64,000 bases of DNA from Sedimentisphaerales bacterium (GTDB lineage: Bacteria > Planctomycetota > Phycisphaerae > Sedimentisphaerales > SM23-30): NCBI GenBank assembly GCA_016928435.1, contig JAFGKT010000075.1, positions 3,358-67,357 of the forward strand, written 5' to 3'. A program made the position numbers and the translations under genes. Under the pieces are notes generated by a model. That model made no database searches and was not told the origin of the DNA. It worked only from the letters and a program-made list of their open reading frames with translations. Below, piece after piece: positions 56,462-64,000 of this stretch. The first letter of the stretch is position 1; the number at the start of each line of letters is the position of its first letter.

Positions 56462-57487
56462 TCAAGGTAAAGGCGAGTTCTTCTTACCCAACAACTCCGC
56501 CAGTGGACGCAATTTGCTCATTAGATTTGAAAAGTCATCAAACGTAAGCGCCTGCGGGCCGTCACAAAGGGCGCTTTTGGGATCGGGATGGACTTCGATT
56601 ATGACCCCGTCGGCCCCGGCCGCGACTGCCGCCTGCGCTAACGGCGCTACTGCCCAATTTACCCCGGCTGCGTGGGATGGGTCCACAACGACCGGCAAAT
56701 GCGACAAGCGCTTTATCACCGCCGCGGCGGAAATATCCAATGTGCTGCGTGTAGCTGTTTCAAATGTACGAATGCCTCGTTCGCAAAGGATCACATCGAA
56801 ATTGCCTTGCGAGACGATGTACTCAGCGGCCTGGAGCAATTCCTCCACCGTGGCGGACATGCCTTTTTTGAGCAGAATGGGTTTGCCGACCTTGCCCGCG
56901 GCTTGGAGCAATGAGAAGTTCTGCATGTTACGAGCGCCGATTTGCAAAACATCCGCGTATTCAGCAACCAATGGCAAAGTCTCAGTATCTTTCACTTCGG
57001 TAACGATGGGTAAACCGGTTTCGTCGCGGGCTTGGGCCAATATCTTCAGGCCCTCTTCCGCCATGCCTTGAAAGCTGTACGGATTCGTTCGCGGCTTGAA
57101 CGCGCCGCCTCGCAACAATTGGGCCCCGGCTTTTTTTACCGCTTTCGCTGTCGCTAGAACCTGCTCATGCGACTCAACCGAACAAGGACCCGCGATAACC
57201 GTTAGAACATCGCCGCCGATTTTATGATCGCCAACCTTAACAATGGTGTCTTCGTGCTTGACTTCACGTGATACCAATTTGTAAGGACGCGACACCCGTA
57301 CGCACTGGGCGATCCCTTCGTGCAGCGCGAAAACTTCCGGATCGATAGCGGTCTGGTTGCCGGTTATGCCGATGGCCACGCGGGTAGAGCCGGGAATCTT
57401 GTTGGGAGTGAAACCTAAGTTGCGAATATGTTGGCAGACCTGCTCAACCTGTTGGGCGGTGGCATCGTTACGCATTACGATAAGCAT
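56462..57487 (-). CDS. aroF: DAHP synthase type I-beta with N-terminal regulatory domain
   Basis: IAGPCSVES, KPRTNPYSFQG, GARNMQNF, CERGIRTF, DPSH. Confidence 0.95.
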   Translation of the reverse strand: MLIVMRNDATAQQVEQVCQHIRNLGFTPNKIPGSTRVAIGITGNQTAIDPEVFALHEGIAQCVRVSRPYKLVSREVKHEDTIVKVGDHKIGGDVLTVIAGPCSVESHEQVLATAKAVKKAGAQLLRGGAFKPRTNPYSFQGMAEEGLKILAQARDETGLPIVTEVKDTETLPLVAEYADVLQIGARNMQNFSLLQAAGKVGKPILLKKGMSATVEELLQAAEYIVSQGNFDVILCERGIRTFETATRSTLDISAAAVIKRLSHLPVVVDPSHAAGVNWAVAPLAQAAVAAGADGVIIEVHPDPKSALCDGPQALTFDDFSNLMSKLRPLAELLGKKNSPLP

Positions 57488-57678
57488 TGATGATAACCTC
57501 TGTGTTTGGAACGCTTAAGGGAACCTCTGATAATTCAATTTTGGCTGAGATGCGGAATGGGCATACATACAATAGATATTAACACTGGAGATATCATCGG
57601 CATTTGGGGCGGAGCAGGCAAGGGGTAATTTGTTCGGATGCTCCGTGGTAGAAATCGAATAATTGTGTTATTGGGGCC

Positions 57679-57707
57679 TTGCAAGTGATGCGATATTGGA
57701 GTATATT
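57679..57707 (+). promoter_or_regulatory. Sigma70 promoter upstream of the small basic ORF
   Basis: TTGCAA-17 nt-TATATT. Confidence 0.55.
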
Positions 57708-57793
57708 AGATGGTTTACGGCTTGGTGCAAGTGAAGTAAGTTCCGCCGAGTAAATGATTTACGTTTTCTATTTGTTGAAATTGGAGTTGTTTG

Positions 57794-57871
57794 ATGGGTA
57801 AACCCAGACGTCGTCGTAAGGTCGGTAGCAAAAAACGTCGTGCTCGCTGGAAGGTACGCAATCGCAAGTAA
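57794..57871 (+). CDS. 25-aa Arg/Lys-rich protein, bS22-like candidate
   Basis: MGKPRRRRKVGSKKRRARWKVRNRK; GGAG RBS; CGT-dominated Arg codons; upstream promoter. Confidence 0.7.
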   Translation: MGKPRRRRKVGSKKRRARWKVRNRK

Positions 57872-57962
57872 TTAGACACTTGGGGCTAAGTTGGGCAACG
57901 ATAGCTTTTCTACGTAAAATGCTTATTGCTAGAGACTTAAAGCGTATATACAGCTAGTTTTC

Positions 57963-57993
57963 GCGTGTGCAAACAAGTTGCACACCCTACGGG
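57963..57993 (-). repeat. GTAG-type REP palindrome, family A, copy 1
   Basis: Minus strand CCCGTAGGGTGTGCAACTTGTTTGCACACGC; 30/31 identical to 61044-61074. Confidence 0.75.
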
Positions 57994-58672
57994 CTGAAGA
58001 TAAAGTGATGTACATTAAGAACACCCGAAGCAATTTGGGTGTTTTTCTATGCGCAGTTCGGGGCAAAAAAGAGAACACAGACATATCAGAAACGCGCGGG
58101 GCGCTGCAACGCAATGAAACAACAGTGCGGTGGTTTTGGGGGTAGCGAAAATGAGAGATTTGTTGGGATACAGGCGCGCTTGGTTTCGTAGGTGGGCGTA
58201 TGAGGACGGGAAGTGAGATGCGCAAAGGTTTGGCGGGAGCGCGCGGGAGTGGGATAGGTGAGAATGGACGATCAAAAACTAGCAGAAATTTGTCGGTTTT
58301 GATTGGTTTTGGTTAGAAATGGGGCTGGAATTTTCAGAAATTCGGAAGTTTTTTGGGGGTGGCTGATTTTGCGCGGTTTGGTAGGTATTAGTTTTGCGCA
58401 ATGAGGAACCGAACCACGAATGGACACAAATATTCGCTAATAAATTGGCTCCGCAGTATCTATTGATGATTGTTTTTCAATATCATTTTTGATTACTAAA
58501 ACAATATTGATGGATACCAATGGACACGAATAAAGGCATGATTGTAGTTCATTGGTGGTTGCAAAAGCATGAACGGTTACGGAATTGTTGAAATAATTAG
58601 ACTGAAATGGACAGCTCGATTGTGTATTAGATGAAGGATGATCATTCTGGTGCATAGCTAGCGAGGCGAGAC

Positions 58673-59215
58673 ATGCTGGAAGACAGATTGCTGTTGTGGA
58701 AATTCAAGCGCGGGTCAAGCGAAGCGCTGGAGAGGATCTACGACAAATACGAGACATATCTGATAACGGTCGCGACGGCTCTGTTGAACAACACCCACGC
58801 AGCGGAAGATGTGCTGCATGATTTTTTTGTTTCGTTTGTGCAATCGGCTGAGAAGGTAAAGCTGAACGGCAATTTGAAATCGTATCTGGCGGTGTGTGTG
58901 GCGAACCTGGCTCGGAATAAGATTAAAAGAAGGCAGATAGAGCCGGGGTCGTTGGATGACGGAGACAGCATTGTTTCGACAGAATCGGAACCGGATTTGC
59001 TGGCGATGCAGAAAGAAGACGTCGCTAAGCTGAATGAAGCTATGGCACAACTGGCGTATGAACAGAGAGAAGTTATTGTTCTTCATTTGCAGGGAAATAT
59101 GAAATTTACCCAGATCGCGAAACTTAGAAGTACTTCGGTGAATACAATTCGCAGTCGATATCGTTACGGCTTGGATAAACTGAGATCACTGCTGAACAGC
59201 GAGGTGATCATATGA
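58673..59215 (+). CDS. ECF sigma factor
   Basis: AEDVLHDFF, LKSYL...NLARN, REVIVLH...IAK...SVNTIRSRYRYG. Confidence 0.93.
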   Translation: MLEDRLLLWKFKRGSSEALERIYDKYETYLITVATALLNNTHAAEDVLHDFFVSFVQSAEKVKLNGNLKSYLAVCVANLARNKIKRRQIEPGSLDDGDSIVSTESEPDLLAMQKEDVAKLNEAMAQLAYEQREVIVLHLQGNMKFTQIAKLRSTSVNTIRSRYRYGLDKLRSLLNSEVII

Positions 59216-60639
59216 AATCGCTGAAAGACATTAAAAAAATTGTTAAGCAATTCAGTATCAAACCTCGATCAGAGATGCGAAGCAAGGTACTCAAGGACGC
59301 TTTGGATGTCCAGAGAAGCCAGAAGCATTTGTCTGATATGAGTATATGGAGAATGATTATGCATAGTAAGATTACGAAATTGGCAGCGGCAGCAGCGGTG
59401 ATTATCATTTGCATTGGAATCTTCACCATTTTGAATCATAGCGCGAAAACAGCCTATGCAATCGAGCAAACAATTACAGCAATGCGGTCTATAAGTTCCG
59501 TTCACGCATATTGTACGGATTGGGACGGCAGCAGAGGCGAGGTATGGGTGCAAGTTAATCCGGTAACAGGCGAAGAAGAATATTGCTACAGTGATATAGG
59601 CAACCTAGTGATAGTGGGTACACCGGAGGTAACGTATTACTATCAAACAGACGAGAATAGGGTGCGAATCCGGGCGGGATATGTGACGGCTTCGGATGTA
59701 CGTTTTTCCTATTTCTTCGAAGATATGATAGCGTTGATGGAACAGTACGAAGGGGAGCTTACCATCAATAATCAATACGACGAAGAACTGCGACGAGATG
59801 TGATTATAGTACGAGCATATATTCCTGACCAGCCTGATATGCCGGAAAAGGAGTTTGTGGTGCGGGTGGATCCGCAGACGAAATTGCCAATCAGCATTGA
59901 GGTGACCATATGTGCTGCCGGTAACGGCGTTAAGAGTGTGGATCGGTTAGAATATAATTTGCCGATACCGGAAGGGATATTTGAGTTTGAGATTCCCGAG
60001 GGGGCAGAGGTAGTAGATGAATCACGATATCCGGAAGCAAACGAGTGTTTCGACAGAGGTAGAAGGGCCTTGGCGGCAGGAGATTTTGCTCAGGCGAAGG
60101 AACTTTTTGAGCGGGTCATAGCTATACAGCCAATGCGTAACAGGGCGCATTATTGGCTGGGCGTTACTTACTGTAATCTCGGTCAATACGATACAGGCAT
60201 TGCGCAGTTTACAGCAGTGATAGATATGTTTGGTGAATATAATATGGATGTTCCATACGCAAGATTCACGCGGGGGTTGGCCTATGCGGCAGCGGGAAAT
60301 GAGCAGGCGGCGAATGAGGATTTGTTAGCGGTATTGCCGACGATGATCGGACATCTGAGAGATGGAGAACGCAGAGGCAACCACTTTGACGGTACAGATG
60401 ATCCACTTCTCCGAGATCGTAACGAAGAGCAGCAGATACGGAGCGCGGAGTTGAGCAGAGCGAATATGATACGGCGGCTGCGGAAGATAACGGGGGAAGA
60501 TTTTGGTTTTGATGTTTATGATCGGGAAGCATACGAAGTGCCCGAGGCAGTGATCGAGGCTTGGGAGCGGTGGTACGCGGAGTCGCCCAGCATTGAGATT
60601 GATGAAGATTATGAGTTGGAGTTTGTGTTACCGGACTAG
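59212..60639 (+). CDS. Probable anti-sigma factor: TM helix, LolA/RseB-like domain and TPRs
   Basis: ATGA overlap with the sigma gene; TM LAAAAAVIIICIGIF; VDPQTKLP...IFEFEIPEGAEV; TPR-like AHYWLGVTY..LGQY. Confidence 0.7.
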   Translation: MKSLKDIKKIVKQFSIKPRSEMRSKVLKDALDVQRSQKHLSDMSIWRMIMHSKITKLAAAAAVIIICIGIFTILNHSAKTAYAIEQTITAMRSISSVHAYCTDWDGSRGEVWVQVNPVTGEEEYCYSDIGNLVIVGTPEVTYYYQTDENRVRIRAGYVTASDVRFSYFFEDMIALMEQYEGELTINNQYDEELRRDVIIVRAYIPDQPDMPEKEFVVRVDPQTKLPISIEVTICAAGNGVKSVDRLEYNLPIPEGIFEFEIPEGAEVVDESRYPEANECFDRGRRALAAGDFAQAKELFERVIAIQPMRNRAHYWLGVTYCNLGQYDTGIAQFTAVIDMFGEYNMDVPYARFTRGLAYAAAGNEQAANEDLLAVLPTMIGHLRDGERRGNHFDGTDDPLLRDRNEEQQIRSAELSRANMIRRLRKITGEDFGFDVYDREAYEVPEAVIEAWERWYAESPSIEIDEDYELEFVLPD

Positions 60640-60690
60640 AGGTCGCGAATGGCGATGGATCAATTGATCGATGGTAGTTGGTTTGTACCG

Positions 60691-60817
60691 AGTTCGAACC
60701 CCCCGGTGTGTGACGTGCGGAGCTAAAAGTTTCGGTTGTGGTTGGTGTTCCATAGGTGATTTGGTTTGTTTTGCACAGGGAATTCTAACCCCCGAACATG
60801 AAGTTCGGGGGCTAACT
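60691..60817 (-). repeat. REP-like palindrome, family B, copies 2 and 3
   Basis: 60781-60817 reverse complement AGTTAGCCCCCGAACTTCATGTTCGGGGGTTAGAATT; 60691-60730 is a more degenerate copy. Confidence 0.55.
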
Positions 60818-61043
60818 TTGGGGTATGGAAGGTTGGCGGGATTGGATAAAGGTTAGTGAGGACATAAGGGGTGATGGATTTTTTTGTTGGGTTGATTTGC
60901 TTTTTGGGGAATTGAATTGTAGGGTATAGGTGATCTTCTTCTTCTCTTTCTCTAAAGCCTACTTAGGAGTGGGCATTTTTTTTGCGCAGGCGGGGTTATT
61001 ATCGGGCGTGGGTGGGGGGCGATATGGCGATACAGGATATGGT

Positions 61044-61074
61044 GCGTGTGCAAACTAGTTGCACACCCTACGGG
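61044..61074 (-). repeat. GTAG-type REP palindrome, family A, copy 2
   Basis: Plus strand GCGTGTGCAAACTAGTTGCACACCCTACGGG. Confidence 0.75.
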
Positions 61075-61152
61075 TTGGTGGTATTATTGGAGATTGTTGG
61101 GCAAGGAAATCTGTTTTTTGACTGAGGGCGAAAACGCAGAACAGGGAGCAAG

Positions 61153-62868
61153 ATGGATCCGATTAAGATATTGTATTTTGTTGTGGGCTTTGTGGTTTTC
61201 ATGGTGGGGTTTCGGTATTTCAGCATTGTGAAGAATCTGCTGAATTTTCGTTTCAGGAGGCCTAGCGGGGAACTGAAGGAGCGGGAGGATTTGCCGGGCT
61301 ATTTGGAGGAGTTATTGCCTTGGTATGAGAATAAGCTGGCAGAATTGGGGTTTGAGTTTTCGCAATTGTATTTGATTGATTCGTGCATAGTGGCAAGTCA
61401 GAGCCAAAGCTGGAATTTGGTTTATTATAATGAGGAGAGCGGTTGTTATGCAGAGCTGGTGGTAAAACCTATGCCGGAGGCGTACGAGCCGGTGGGGGTT
61501 GCATTTAGCAGTGATTTTTCTGATGAAACTCATTTAGCAACGAGCAGTGGTATGGAAACGGATATTATTGGCGAATTGCCAAATACAATATTGCATTTTC
61601 CCCGGCCAGTGACGATTGAAGAGCAATACAAAACACATTTGGAGAAGCTAAAGAGTTTGGGACGAGAAGGAATTTGGTTGAGCCCAGAGGAAAGTTTAAC
61701 ACGCGGTACAAAAGATAGCAACGACTATATTGAATGGTTGATTGACAATGGGTATTTGAAGGCGCAGGATGAATTTAGCTGGCAGTTGCGTTTGAAGATG
61801 GCTATGAAACAAGCGTTCAAGGTTATAAGGGTTGCTGGGAAATGGCGGACATTGAAGGCGGCTCAGCGGAAGGTTCGGGGGGAGCAGGGGATGGTGGTAG
61901 AGGTGCCGATCGAGGCGGAGGTTGATGCTTACTTGAGTATGGAGGAGTTGACAGAAAAACGTAAGAGCGGGTTTGGGTGGAAGTTGCTGGTTTTTGTTGC
62001 GAGTTTGGCTTTGGGGATCGCGATTTTCGGCGGTGCGTTTTCGTTTGACTTTGCATTGTCGCTCGCGGCCGCTTTGATTGTGCATGAGTTGGGACATTAT
62101 TTGGCGATGTTGGTGTTTGGTTATCGAGACAGGCAGATATTGTTTTTGCCTTTCGGTGCAGCGACGTTGGGTAAAAAAAAGGGCGCGAGTGCAATACAGC
62201 AGGCGGTGGTTTTTTTGGCGGGGCCTGGGTTGGGTTTGATCGTTGGGAGCGTGTGTATGCTGCTTGCGTTAAAGCTGCACTATAGGCCTTTGTTTTTTAG
62301 TGGTGCGTTTTTTTTGGTGCTGAACTATATAAATCTTTTGCCGATCGTGCCATTGGACGGTGGGAGGTTGTTTGAGTTGGCGTTGTTTGGGCGGGTGCCG
62401 GTGATGAAGTCGGTGTTTTTGGTTTTGAGTCTGGCGGCGGTGGTATTGGCGGGGATTCTATTAAAAGACACTATTATAGGGTTCTTCGCGATTTTTATGT
62501 TTATGGGGATGAAGCGGAGGTTTTCGATAAATTCGTTTCATGCGCAACTGGCGAAGGAGATCAAGCATGGGCGGATCGAGGCGGAGAAGGAGGTTTTGCT
62601 GGGTGAGGTTTTTGGGTGGTTGAAGGAGAAGGAGTTCGCGAAGCTGCCATTTGCGGAGAAATACAAGATCGCGGATGAGTTGGTGAGTGAATTGATGCGG
62701 AAGCCGTGCGGGGTGGGGACATCGGTTGCGGCTTTGGGTTTGTATGTTTTTGTGGTAGTGTTGCCGGTGTTGATAATGGTGGGGACACTTTTGTATTGGG
62801 GAGTGCTGGGGCGTTTGATGGAGAGGTTTTCGGCGGGCGAGGGATTTAAGCCGGGGAAGAAGTTGTGA
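61153..62868 (+). CDS. Site-2 protease (peptidase M50) with a large N-terminal soluble domain
   Basis: IVHELGH, LAGP, NLLPIVPLDGGR, multiple TM helices. Confidence 0.88.
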   Translation: MDPIKILYFVVGFVVFMVGFRYFSIVKNLLNFRFRRPSGELKEREDLPGYLEELLPWYENKLAELGFEFSQLYLIDSCIVASQSQSWNLVYYNEESGCYAELVVKPMPEAYEPVGVAFSSDFSDETHLATSSGMETDIIGELPNTILHFPRPVTIEEQYKTHLEKLKSLGREGIWLSPEESLTRGTKDSNDYIEWLIDNGYLKAQDEFSWQLRLKMAMKQAFKVIRVAGKWRTLKAAQRKVRGEQGMVVEVPIEAEVDAYLSMEELTEKRKSGFGWKLLVFVASLALGIAIFGGAFSFDFALSLAAALIVHELGHYLAMLVFGYRDRQILFLPFGAATLGKKKGASAIQQAVVFLAGPGLGLIVGSVCMLLALKLHYRPLFFSGAFFLVLNYINLLPIVPLDGGRLFELALFGRVPVMKSVFLVLSLAAVVLAGILLKDTIIGFFAIFMFMGMKRRFSINSFHAQLAKEIKHGRIEAEKEVLLGEVFGWLKEKEFAKLPFAEKYKIADELVSELMRKPCGVGTSVAALGLYVFVVVLPVLIMVGTLLYWGVLGRLMERFSAGEGFKPGKKL

Positions 62869-62903
62869 TGAGGGTGTTGTCGGGGTCGGCGAGAGAGAGC
62901 GAT

Positions 62904-63947
62904 TTATTTGGTGAGGTGGCGGCGGCGGAGTTGGCCGCAGGCTGCTTGGATGTCTTGGCCTCGGGATTGGCGTAGGTGGGCGTTGATGCCTAGTTGGGTT
63001 AGGCGGTTTAGGAAGGCGGAGCAGGTTTCGTCGGAGGGAGCGGAATAAGGTGAAGATTCGACGGGGTTGTAGCGGATGAGGTTGACGTTGGAACGGACTT
63101 TGCGGCTGAAGTGGGCGAGTTGTTCGGCGTGTTTTAGGGAGTCGTTGACGTCGGCAAGGAGGAGGTATTCGAGGGTTACTTCGCGATGAGTGGCGGCGTA
63201 GTAATCTTGGAGGGCGGCGAGGATTTCGGTTAGGGGGTATTTGCGGGAGAAGGGGATGAGTTGGTCGCGGAGAGATTGGTCGGCGGCGTGGAGGCTGAGT
63301 GCGAGGGTGACTTGGAGGGGCTGCTGGGCGAGTTGGCGGATTTGGTCGGGTAGGCCTACGGTGCTGATGGTGATGTGGCGGGCGGCGATGTTGAGGGCGT
63401 AGGGGGCGTTGATGATCTGGGCGGCTTTGATGGTGGCGGGGTAGTTGGTGAAGGGTTCGCCCATGCCCATGATGACGATATGGCTTAGGCGTTGGTCGGG
63501 CGGGAGTGCGGAAGCGGCCCATAGGGCTTGTTCGACGATTTGGCCTGGGGTTAGGTTGCGCTGGAGGCCTTGACTGCCGGATGCGCAGAAGGAGCATTTG
63601 ACGGGACAGCCGACTTGGGAGGAGAGGCAGGCGGTGTTGCGATCGGGGTTGGGCATAAGGACGGTTTCGACGAGGGCATCGTCGGGGAATCGCAAGAGGG
63701 CTTTGATGGTGCCGTCGTCGGAGGTGAGGGTTTGCTGGACGGTGGCGGAGGAGATGGTGAAGGATTCAGAGAGTTGGGCGCGAAGGGGTTTGGCGAGGTT
63801 GGTCATCTGTTGGAAGTCGAGGACTTTTTCTTGATAGATCCAACGAAGGATTTGGTCGGCGCGGAAAGCGGGGAGCGATTGGGCTTGGAGCAGCGAGCGT
63901 AGTTCGGTTTGGGTGTGGTCGAGGATGTTGGGTGTTGGGTTGGTCAT
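62904..63947 (-). CDS. rlmN: 23S rRNA/tRNA m2A methyltransferase (radical SAM)
   Basis: CLSSQVGCPVKCSFCASG, MGMGEP, STVG, SLHA, DIQAACGQL. Confidence 0.96.
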   Translation of the reverse strand: MTNPTPNILDHTQTELRSLLQAQSLPAFRADQILRWIYQEKVLDFQQMTNLAKPLRAQLSESFTISSATVQQTLTSDDGTIKALLRFPDDALVETVLMPNPDRNTACLSSQVGCPVKCSFCASGSQGLQRNLTPGQIVEQALWAASALPPDQRLSHIVIMGMGEPFTNYPATIKAAQIINAPYALNIAARHITISTVGLPDQIRQLAQQPLQVTLALSLHAADQSLRDQLIPFSRKYPLTEILAALQDYYAATHREVTLEYLLLADVNDSLKHAEQLAHFSRKVRSNVNLIRYNPVESSPYSAPSDETCSAFLNRLTQLGINAHLRQSRGQDIQAACGQLRRRHLTK

Positions 63948-64000
63948 AAGAAGATATTTCAGTTAAGAGGGATGTTAGATGTTGTATTCGGTCCAGCGGT

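Noticed and set aside
57488-58672. Replication origin at the skew sign change
   Set aside because: No DnaA-box cluster and no dnaA/dnaN/parAB nearby; kept only as an alternative explanation for the skew
62461-63597. 378-aa Pro/Arg/His-rich ORF, and similar ORFs at 41675-42541 and 45575-46366
   Set aside because: Stop-free frames produced by the extreme C/A skew; they overlap well-supported genes

Overview
Bacterial chromosomal window, most consistent with Planctomycetota, class Phycisphaerae (Sedimentisphaerales-like). This is inferred from the missing rpmD, a non-canonical EF-Tu switch I, a uL14 insertion and the style of the ECF/anti-sigma pair. Positions 1.5-35 kb hold one minus-strand translation/transcription supercluster: tRNA-Thr, tuf, rpmG, tRNA-Trp, secE, nusG, rplKAJL, rpoBC, rpsLG, fusA and the S10/spc/alpha operons, with no rpsD and no rpmD. 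Positions 35-64 kb hold mixed housekeeping and accessory genes: a PIN/TRAM protein, a GT2 + BshC-like + HAD operon, larE, futalosine genes (mqnA, mqnC, a probable deaminase), an AT-rich SEC-C orphan, yggS, mnmA, lon, htrA, panB, aroF, an ECF sigma/anti-sigma pair, an M50 protease and rlmN. Main observations: (1) uL22 carries an N-terminal XRE-type helix-turn-helix domain, and a terminator-like hairpin sits inside the same operon after rpsJ; (2) local patches of extreme strand-compositional skew flip sign together with the orientation of REP-like palindromes and shift the amino-acid composition of the encoded proteins; (3) a BshC-like ligase is translationally coupled to a GT2; (4) an unannotated 25-aa basic ORF resembles ribosomal protein bS22. 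All calls come from reading motifs by eye; no searches were run.
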